From the IMG/VR virus record IMGVR_UViG_3300045988_147927, positions 1-64,000 of that record: 64,000 bases of DNA. One strand, written 5' to 3'. The notes under the pieces are model-generated. The model made no database searches and was not told where the DNA came from. It saw only the letters and a list, made by a program, of their open reading frames with translations. Both the position numbers and the translations under genes were made by a program. This stretch comes from a virus. Shown piece by piece: positions 9,817 through 16,635 of this stretch; positions within the stretch are counted from its first letter, which is position 1, and every line of letters starts with the position of its first letter.

Positions 9817-11832
9817 ATGAGTACTATGTTTTTTAAACATGAAAAGATTTCTGCTGAAGATTATGTGAGTATTGTTAGACATATGTATGTGTTTAAGACG
9901 ATGATTCATCTATATAACAATACATTTTTCATTAAGGTTACAGATGATGGTTTAACATATTCTAGTGAGAATGGGTTATCATTGAGTGAGATTGACTATA
10001 TGTCAGATGTGGTTATAGATAAAGATTTGTTGTTGCGATATGCTAAGAGTTTAAAATATGAAGATAAGGTTAATGTTCTAGAAGTGTTACAGTCTTTATA
10101 CAATACAATTTCTTTTAGCATTGTTGATTATGAAGAATTGTCTAAAGCATTTCTACATACTAACATAGCACCTAATTTTGTGCATATCAGAGAGTTCAAG
10201 AGTCAGACAACGTATGAAAAGTTAAAACTGATTACAATGTGTCAGGAGTTAATCAACTACTTAGATAGGTATGACGATGAAGAGATGCTAGTACCTTATT
10301 ATGATTATCATAGTGATACTGTATCGTATAGTATTATGTACCTTAATAGAGATGCTATTAGGTTTAATAAAATTCCATTACATGGGAATGATGTGTTTGA
10401 TAGATTGTTGCCAGTAGTGGCTTTTAGTGGTTCATATGGAGTTAGTGTTAAACAGGTAGTAGATAATACAAATGCTGTTATACAATATTTGATTCGTTTA
10501 TATAATGAGGCTGTTAATGGTTCATATGATGTATTGAAGAGAGATGTGCTATGTGATAGCTCATTAGGGTACAATAAGGCTATAGAATATGTGAGTGAGT
10601 ATAACACTAAGAAAGATACAGATACTACTAAGTATTGTAAAGTTTCTAATGGGTTTATTCGAGATTGCTTGATGTATTTTAAAGATTTAAAGAGTGTTAG
10701 ACTATTTGTAGAGGCTATTGATAATCATTTAGATACGTTGAATAGACCGATATCAGATTCATTTTGTACTACTGCTAGTGCCATATATGGTAATATTAAG
10801 TTAAAGTATGAAAATGTTAATAAAGGGTATGATATATCTAAGGTTGATAGTGTAGTGAGTACATTATTGAAGTTAACAGGTGTTAATGGTGGATTACCTC
10901 ATATACATCAAAGTGCGTATATGTATTTGATTGATAGTTCTTATATGGATACTGATTTCATAGATAATTTAGAAGTGATGCTGTATCAAATGGATACATA
11001 TCTTGAATCTGGTACTGTAAGAGTAGAGTTTTATGGTGGTAGTGATAATACTATTAGAGTCTTTGGTGATGGTATAGATGAATTATATGATATGAGTGAT
11101 TATATTGATTGTGATTCAGTTAGGGGTATTATTACATTAAAAGAGGTACTTGATGTATTATGGTTTTCTTTACGAGTTGTAAAAGTATTTTATCATACGT
11201 GGAAGAGTGATGATACTGTATTTGTGGATGCTGTCAATGGGTTAAAAGTAATTTCTAGTTTACAGAAAGAGAAGTTACATTATGTGTCTACGTTTTTTAA
11301 TTATAGTGTTATTGAGTCTTTACGATTTAATACTGAGATGGTTGGATATTTTAATGATGATTTATTGATGTATGGTGATACTATAATTCCTAATAGTTGT
11401 AGATATACAAATGAGGAGTTGAGAGAAGCTGATTTCATGTACAATATTGCTAAAACTAGGGCATTAGGATTATGTACTATTTTAAACTCTATAGCTCATG
11501 AGATGTTCTTTAATAGGGAAGCATATAGTAAGAGTTCTTATATTACGATGACAACAAATAAAGAGTTTAATACCTTATATGTTAAAGCTGATGGGATTGA
11601 GGAGCGTAAAATTACAATTCCTAAAGAGTTCTATCATACTGTATATGCATTGTTTAATCATAGTGATTATAGTTTTGAGAATATAACTTTTAGTGATGTG
11701 ATTCATATTCTATGTACATTAAAAGATACTATAGGTAATTCTAGTAAGTTTACAGGGTTTTATGGTGTTATGGGTTTTAGCTCACTCAAAGATAAATTAG
11801 ACTTATTGACTGATTATATAGGTAAAAAATAG
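9817..11832 (+). CDS. hypothetical protein (671 aa), paralogue of 7228..9366 lacking the C-terminal module
   Basis: Long ORF ending at TAG 11830-11832. The following ORF is in the same frame. Confidence 0.8.
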   Translation: MSTMFFKHEKISAEDYVSIVRHMYVFKTMIHLYNNTFFIKVTDDGLTYSSENGLSLSEIDYMSDVVIDKDLLLRYAKSLKYEDKVNVLEVLQSLYNTISFSIVDYEELSKAFLHTNIAPNFVHIREFKSQTTYEKLKLITMCQELINYLDRYDDEEMLVPYYDYHSDTVSYSIMYLNRDAIRFNKIPLHGNDVFDRLLPVVAFSGSYGVSVKQVVDNTNAVIQYLIRLYNEAVNGSYDVLKRDVLCDSSLGYNKAIEYVSEYNTKKDTDTTKYCKVSNGFIRDCLMYFKDLKSVRLFVEAIDNHLDTLNRPISDSFCTTASAIYGNIKLKYENVNKGYDISKVDSVVSTLLKLTGVNGGLPHIHQSAYMYLIDSSYMDTDFIDNLEVMLYQMDTYLESGTVRVEFYGGSDNTIRVFGDGIDELYDMSDYIDCDSVRGIITLKEVLDVLWFSLRVVKVFYHTWKSDDTVFVDAVNGLKVISSLQKEKLHYVSTFFNYSVIESLRFNTEMVGYFNDDLLMYGDTIIPNSCRYTNEELREADFMYNIAKTRALGLCTILNSIAHEMFFNREAYSKSSYITMTTNKEFNTLYVKADGIEERKITIPKEFYHTVYALFNHSDYSFENITFSDVIHILCTLKDTIGNSSKFTGFYGVMGFSSLKDKLDLLTDYIGKK

Positions 11833-11862
11833 GGTACTATTGAGGGTAATGAAAGTACTACT

Positions 11863-12051
11863 ATGACAAAAGAGTTAGCTAAGGCTTTTATTGAGAGTGG
11901 GTATGAATATATTTCATTGTATAAAGGTGTTATGATTGTATACAGTAAAGATGGGAATACATCAGAAATAGTTCCTAAGTCTTTGTATAAGTTCTTCTAT
12001 GATACTGATAAGTTTAATCGAGTATCATTACAACAATATATAGAGGATTAA
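11863..12051 (+). CDS. small protein homologous to the C-terminus of 7228..9366
   Basis: KELAKAFIESGYEYISLYKG...SEIVPKSLYKFFYDTD aligns with KQLVQDFIDNGYVLAVKDG...SEVVPKSLHKYFYNID. Confidence 0.6.
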   Translation: MTKELAKAFIESGYEYISLYKGVMIVYSKDGNTSEIVPKSLYKFFYDTDKFNRVSLQQYIED

Positions 12052-12058
12052 ATATGAG

Positions 12059-12292
12059 GTGAGTATGGATGGTGTTAATGCTATATTAAATTATGCTTAT
12101 GGTGTATATTCTATCCTAGGTATATCTATCTATGTGTTTATTGTTATGCTGATTAGTGTTGTGTGTGGCATTAGTAAGTCATATAGATTAGATGTATTCT
12201 GTAAAATATATACCAAGGTTTCTATTGTTATATCTATTATATTTGTAGTAGTGGTGTCTATTGTAAATACAGTTATGTTTTTATTTGAATAA
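12059..12292 (+). CDS. small membrane protein
   Basis: Two hydrophobic segments. Start ambiguous (GTG 12059 or ATG 12065, after GAGGTG). Confidence 0.55.
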   Translation: MSMDGVNAILNYAYGVYSILGISIYVFIVMLISVVCGISKSYRLDVFCKIYTKVSIVISIIFVVVVSIVNTVMFLFE

Positions 12293-12298
12293 TAGGGA

Positions 12299-12490
12299 GT
12301 GGTGTTGTTGAGTCAGTTTAATATAAGTGTTTATAAGGTGATGAGATATTTAGGGATTGAATATATTGCTCATAAAGATGGTATATATTATATGGTAACT
12401 GATAGTGGTGAGAGAATTAGTGGTGAGGAGTTCTTTCAGGTGGTGTGTCGAGAGTTGCTTAATGATAAAGAAGAGTTGTATATGAAATAG
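12299..12490 (+). CDS. hypothetical protein
   Basis: 63-aa ORF followed directly by a terminator. Confidence 0.55.
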   Translation: MVLLSQFNISVYKVMRYLGIEYIAHKDGIYYMVTDSGERISGEEFFQVVCRELLNDKEELYMK

Positions 12491-12494
12491 TAAT

Positions 12495-12525
12495 AAGAGA
12501 GTAGATTATCTACTCTCTTATTTTG
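12495..12525 (+). terminator. rho-independent terminator
   Basis: 11-bp stem AAGAGAGTAGA / TCTACTCTCTT with a 3-nt loop, followed by ATTTTGTT. Confidence 0.7.
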
Positions 12526-12529
12526 TTGT

Positions 12530-12616
12530 ATAACTTAACAAAACTTTACAATATAATAGATATGTGGTATACTATAGGTGTGATAGATATCGTATTTAAT
12601 CAAAGGAGAAATAAAA
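12530..12616 (+). promoter_or_regulatory. promoter + conserved leader cassette, copy 1
   Basis: TTTACA (12545-12550), 17-nt spacer, TGg-TATACT (12565-12573), then a conserved leader ending AATCAAAGGAGAAATAAAA-ATG. Nearly identical to 22583..22668. Confidence 0.65.
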
Positions 12617-12790
12617 ATGATGTGGACAGGATTTTCAATGATGTTACTTGTACTATGGGTGTTAAGTGTGATTGTTTTGTTTGTCAATAATTACAAACCT
12701 ACTAAACTGTATTATGCTATTGGTATTATATTAGCGATAGTATCTTTTATTGATGTGTTTATTGTTAATGCAGATAAATACCCTTTATAG
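12617..12790 (+). CDS. small membrane protein (57 aa; below the ORF-track cutoff)
   Basis: ATG 12617 after AAAGGAGAAATAAAA. MMWTGFSMMLLVLWVLSVIVLFVNNYKPTKLYYAIGIILAIVSFIDVFIVNADKYPL has two hydrophobic helices. Confidence 0.6.
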   Translation: MMWTGFSMMLLVLWVLSVIVLFVNNYKPTKLYYAIGIILAIVSFIDVFIVNADKYPL

Positions 12791-12795
12791 GTGAG

Positions 12796-13089
12796 GTGGT
12801 TAGTGTGGGTACATTAAAAGAGTTGCTACGTATCGTTGATGATAATACATTTAATAATGTGTATGGTGTTACATCAGGAGTTGTAGCAAAAAGAGTTAAT
12901 ACTACTAATATATTGTTTATTGATAGTGGTGTTAGAGGTTCATTAGAGATTTCTTTTGATGATGACTATAATGTCATTAAAATAAGTAAAGATAGATTTC
13001 CTGTTAAGATAGCTGAGGATATATTAATTAAGAGTATAGGGAAGGCTATGAATCATGAAGTAAGTGTTGTAACAGTTAGTGAGGTGTAA
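12796..13089 (+). CDS. hypothetical protein
   Basis: 97-aa ORF after GGTGAGGTGG. The start could be GTG 12796 or GTG 12805. Confidence 0.6.
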   Translation: MVSVGTLKELLRIVDDNTFNNVYGVTSGVVAKRVNTTNILFIDSGVRGSLEISFDDDYNVIKISKDRFPVKIAEDILIKSIGKAMNHEVSVVTVSEV

Positions 13090-13114
13090 AAAATGTTGTA
13101 TATTAATGTAGTTA

Positions 13115-13294
13115 ATGGTGGGGAAGTATTTTTTTTATAAGACAAAACAATATGATGTGGAAAGTTTTAAAGCATATTTAACTAATGTGAATGTAGGGAA
13201 TATTAAATACATTTTCTTTCATGATGAGTATAACAATATTGACGTTTGTGTGTCACCAGTAGCTTCAATTATTATGTTTAAGGGGGAGGAATAA
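13115..13294 (+). CDS. hypothetical protein (59 aa), start unresolved
   Basis: ORF MVGKYFFYKTKQYDVESFKAYLTNV... The better RBS (GAGGTG) serves ATG 13093 in another frame, which meets this frame at a T8 run (13129-13136). Confidence 0.4.
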   Translation: MVGKYFFYKTKQYDVESFKAYLTNVNVGNIKYIFFHDEYNNIDVCVSPVASIIMFKGEE

Positions 13295-13296
13295 AA

Positions 13297-13443
13297 ATGA
13301 TTGTATTGTGGATTTTAGCTTTTATTGTGTTTTCTATGTTATTAGGAGATATGGTAAAACGTAAGAAAGAAGTAAAAGATGCTAGAGATTTCTATTTTAA
13401 AATGAAACAAGATAAAGAGTTTATGAAGAAAATAGGTGGTTAA
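13297..13443 (+). CDS. small membrane protein (48 aa)
   Basis: GGGGGAGGAATAAAA-ATG. MIVLWILAFIVFSMLLGDMVKRKKEVK... has one TM helix plus a basic tail. Confidence 0.55.
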   Translation: MIVLWILAFIVFSMLLGDMVKRKKEVKDARDFYFKMKQDKEFMKKIGG

Positions 13444-13447
13444 TACT

Positions 13448-13873
13448 ATGTTTTTAGCAGTGTTTGGAATATGTATATTTTTGTTGTTAGTGAATATTAT
13501 CGTAGCCTTATTATTGTTTAGAAAAAATAGACATAGTGATGATATATCCTATTATGAAGTGATATCTGTTGAAAAGAATAGGGATTATTCGTTATATATC
13601 ATTGATTTTATGGGTAGAATGGTATTACCTTTAAGTATCTTTACTGTTGAGAGTCATATAGTTTGTGCTATTTTAGTATTTATATTTATTTGTTATTGTT
13701 TGTATTATTTACGAGTTAATGCAAATTTTGTATATGCATTACTGTTTAATGTGTATATTGTTAAGACAGATTGTGGTATTACATATACTGTGTATTCTTT
13801 TAATACACTCAACTCTATTAGAAGTGGTAACTATAGGGAGATAGATGATGGAGTCTTATTGCAGTGCGAATAA
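13448..13873 (+). CDS. membrane protein
   Basis: ATG 13448 after AGGTGG. Several hydrophobic segments. Confidence 0.6.
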   Translation: MFLAVFGICIFLLLVNIIVALLLFRKNRHSDDISYYEVISVEKNRDYSLYIIDFMGRMVLPLSIFTVESHIVCAILVFIFICYCLYYLRVNANFVYALLFNVYIVKTDCGITYTVYSFNTLNSIRSGNYREIDDGVLLQCE

Positions 13874-14318
13874 TGTTTGTGATACACAGATAGATACAAA
13901 TCATATTACACAACCATATCTCATTAAAGCCATAGGTAAAGATGGCAATGAGTATATGGGTTTTTATTATGGGTATGTGAGTTCATTAGGGTTATTTAAT
14001 CAACAAGAGAGAAAAGATTATATTCTAGTTGTTAATGAGGCTACGTTACATAAGGAAGCAAGTGTTAGTAGGGTTGAAATAGATGTAAATACGATTAGAC
14101 AGTCTACTGGCATAACTGATGTTGATTACAATTTATTATTTGTAGGTGATACAGTTCAATTCATTAATACTAATAGGTATACATTTATTATCATTAAGTA
14201 TTATAATAGATTTGTATATGTAGATATTGATGATACAAACAAAGCAAAAATGCCTTTAATGGATAATAGATATACTTGTGGACATAATACTGATATACGA
14301 TTAGTTAAGGGTGAGTGA
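13845..14318 (+). CDS. hypothetical protein
   Basis: 157-aa ORF after AGGGAG. Confidence 0.65.
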   Translation: MMESYCSANNVCDTQIDTNHITQPYLIKAIGKDGNEYMGFYYGYVSSLGLFNQQERKDYILVVNEATLHKEASVSRVEIDVNTIRQSTGITDVDYNLLFVGDTVQFINTNRYTFIIIKYYNRFVYVDIDDTNKAKMPLMDNRYTCGHNTDIRLVKGE

Positions 14319-14324
14319 TAGACT

Positions 14325-14477
14325 ATGTTTTTAATTTTGTTTTTGTGTGCGTTACCAGTCATATTGTTTATAGATGATAACTTTTTGAAATTTATCTGTA
14401 TTTCATTGTGGTGTGTGTTAGTTGCTTTTACAACTTGTGTAGCTTTGTATGTAGATAGAGATGGTAAGGATAAATGA
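14325..14477 (+). CDS. small membrane protein (50 aa)
   Basis: MFLILFLCALPVILFIDDNFLKFICISLWCVLVAFTTCVALYVDRDGKDK. Below the track cutoff. Confidence 0.5.
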   Translation: MFLILFLCALPVILFIDDNFLKFICISLWCVLVAFTTCVALYVDRDGKDK

Positions 14478-14478
14478 A

Positions 14479-14712
14479 ATGAGTAATAAAGATAAGTTAA
14501 TAGATGCTATTGATACATTAGAACATCGAATACACGTTGCTAAGAATATTCTAAATAAAATCGATACGTTGAATGATGATGAATTAAATGATATGGTTAA
14601 ATTAGTTAATGATAGTTCTTTAACTATTGATGTATTAAACTTTCAACTAACTAGAAATATTATCATGACTAATAATAAAGAAAAATTAGAAGAGGTATTT
14701 CATAATGGATAG
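14479..14712 (+). CDS. hypothetical coiled-coil-like protein
   Basis: ATG 14479 after AAGGA. The track ORF begins at 14461, inside the previous gene. Confidence 0.55.
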   Translation: MSNKDKLIDAIDTLEHRIHVAKNILNKIDTLNDDELNDMVKLVNDSSLTIDVLNFQLTRNIIMTNNKEKLEEVFHNG

Positions 14713-14896
14713 TTCTACTATTTTATTTGTCTTATTTTTTGTGTTATATGTTGTTGCTATGTCAATGACTGTATACATATTTAATTGTTATAATAAGTTT
14801 AAAGAGGGTACTAGAAAATTGATGTATACTTCTATAAAATCATTGTATGGTATCTCTATTTTGTGTTTTGTTGTTTCATTGTGTTTAAAGGTTTAG
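14705..14896 (+). CDS. small membrane protein
   Basis: Two hydrophobic helices. Confidence 0.55.
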   Translation: MDSSTILFVLFFVLYVVAMSMTVYIFNCYNKFKEGTRKLMYTSIKSLYGISILCFVVSLCLKV

Positions 14897-14908
14897 GGGT
14901 GTGGTTAG

Positions 14909-15103
14909 TTGCTTTTATATTTGAGTTATTTGTTATGTGTACTAACTGCTTTTTTGTTTATTAGTGTTTTTACTAGAGTATTTATATGTTTAGCTAAGGA
15001 TAAGGATATTATCACACAATCTAATATACGAGAGTTTATACAATTTTCATTGATTTTTTGTATATGTATTATTGTTATGTTTTTGTGTGTATTATTTGAT
15101 TAG
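14909..15103 (+). CDS. small membrane protein
   Basis: TTG start after AGGGGTG. Two hydrophobic helices. Confidence 0.5.
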   Translation: MLLYLSYLLCVLTAFLFISVFTRVFICLAKDKDIITQSNIREFIQFSLIFCICIIVMFLCVLFD

Positions 15104-15299
15104 TATGGTAACAGTAATAGTTGTGATATTGCATACATTAGATGATAGGTATAGGAAATATTACCTAGATAGAAATGAGCTAGTGAATGTCAATTATCAT
15201 GAAAGGATAAAAGCCAAGGATATTCGTGTTGGATATGCTTATTTAGATGGAATAGTTGAAGAAATATATACTAAGGAGATATTACAATGCGTAGATTAG
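15072..15299 (+). CDS. small membrane-anchored protein (start uncertain)
   Basis: 75-aa ORF. An internal ATG at 15105 is an alternative start. Confidence 0.45.
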   Translation: MLCFCVYYLISMVTVIVVILHTLDDRYRKYYLDRNELVNVNYHERIKAKDIRVGYAYLDGIVEEIYTKEILQCVD

Positions 15300-15843
15300 G
15301 GATACCTAAAAATCAAACAAGGATTAAAGATAAAGAAAATGATTTTTATAGTACAGACCCGCAAGCAGTATTTGATTTGTTACGATATGAGAAGTTTCAA
15401 CACCATATTACAGAGCCTAGTTGTGGGAATGGGAATATTGCAGAAGTACTAAAACATGAAGGATATCAAGTTGATGCTTTTGATATAGCTGATAGAGGGT
15501 ATGGCTATCAGAGAGATTTCTTTTCGTGTAAAGATGAATTAGAGGGTGATGTAATAATGAATCCACCTTATGCTTTTGCTAGAGAGCATATTGTTCATGC
15601 TTTACAATATATGAAAGATGGTTCTAAATTATGTGCATTACTTAAAATACAGTTTTTAGAATCATTAAAGAGAAGAGATTTGTTTGAGAAATACCCTTTA
15701 ACTCATATGTATGTATTTAGGAGAAGAGCCAATGTGTATTAGAATGATAATCGCGTTCTTTGGGAATTAGTAATGTGTGTTACTGTTGGTTTGTATGGGT
15801 TAAAGGATATAAAGGTGAGCCTACTATACGTTGGATTGATTAG
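15287..15843 (+). pseudogene. N6-adenine DNA methyltransferase, 3' end disrupted (stop plus frameshifts)
   Basis: The EPSCGNGNI motif (AdoMet-binding, FxGxG-like) and the NPPY catalytic motif lie in the main frame, which stops at TAG 15740-15742. The expected C-terminal ...CYCWFVWVKGYKGEPTIRWID is encoded at 15751-15840 in a different frame. Confidence 0.6.
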
Positions 15844-15866
15844 GTTATATTTGTTATACAGTCATG

Positions 15867-15908
15867 AAGTGTTTGTGTTATAATTAATAAGAATACAAAC
15901 ACTTTTTA
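15867..15908 (+). terminator. rho-independent terminator
   Basis: Stem AAGTGTTTGT / ACAAACACTT followed by TTTTT. Confidence 0.6.
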
Positions 15909-15925
15909 TTTAAAAGGAGATTGTT

Positions 15926-16618
15926 ATGGGAAGAGTTATTTATGATAAAAACTTCCATACTAAAAACTTTATTTTGCATTATAAGCAACTTGTCAATAAA
16001 GATGAGTTTATGAGAGATAAAGTTAAGTACGGTAAGATGTTAGATACATTATCAAAAACAATTAATGTAGATGAAAATAGGTCTATACTATTTATTGGCA
16101 GTAAAGATATTCATAAAGAGGTATTCTTATCTTTGTTTAGTAGATATGATACACTACAGTCTTATTACTATTGCTCTATGATGATGTTGCATGATATTTT
16201 TTGGGGGAATAGGGGTAGTGAGAATACTAATATCTTAGATGATGATAAAATGTTTTCATTACAGGATATTACACAAGACGTATTATGTTTGTTTATCAAT
16301 CGAGAAATGATTCCTACTAAAAATGCTAGCGTAGTTGGTAGTGTGATTACATCTAGATGTATGTTAAGTCATAGCAAGAGAAATTGGATATTCTTTAATG
16401 GGTTTGTATCTGATATGTTAGATAGAGAGGGATACAAATCTATTTATGATTTGTTTAATTCTAATGATGAGTTTGTTGTTGTGGATTTAAATAAAGAGTA
16501 TAGTAATTTACTGTCTAATGCTATAGATAGTAAAAGCAATACTAACAGAAATAGAAATATAAAGATATCTACTAAACGTAGAGAAGTAAGTAATAGTAAT
16601 TTGTCTGATATGTATTAA
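15926..16618 (+). CDS. hypothetical protein (immediately upstream of the helicase)
   Basis: 230-aa ORF after AAGGAGA. No Walker motif seen. Confidence 0.7.
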   Translation: MGRVIYDKNFHTKNFILHYKQLVNKDEFMRDKVKYGKMLDTLSKTINVDENRSILFIGSKDIHKEVFLSLFSRYDTLQSYYYCSMMMLHDIFWGNRGSENTNILDDDKMFSLQDITQDVLCLFINREMIPTKNASVVGSVITSRCMLSHSKRNWIFFNGFVSDMLDREGYKSIYDLFNSNDEFVVVDLNKEYSNLLSNAIDSKSNTNRNRNIKISTKRREVSNSNLSDMY

Positions 16619-16635
16619 GGGGTGTAGTTAGTAAA

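Noticed and set aside
216-15742. Possible TAG stop-codon reassignment, prompted by in-frame TAGs at 216, 11830 and 15740 followed by same-frame coding sequence.
   Set aside because: TAG terminates many genes here with a properly spaced RBS and start for the next gene (for example 3161, 4574, 6817, 18957, 45854). The long late genes contain no internal TAG. The standard code 11 fits; the three cases are coincidence, a nonsense mutation or a pseudogene.
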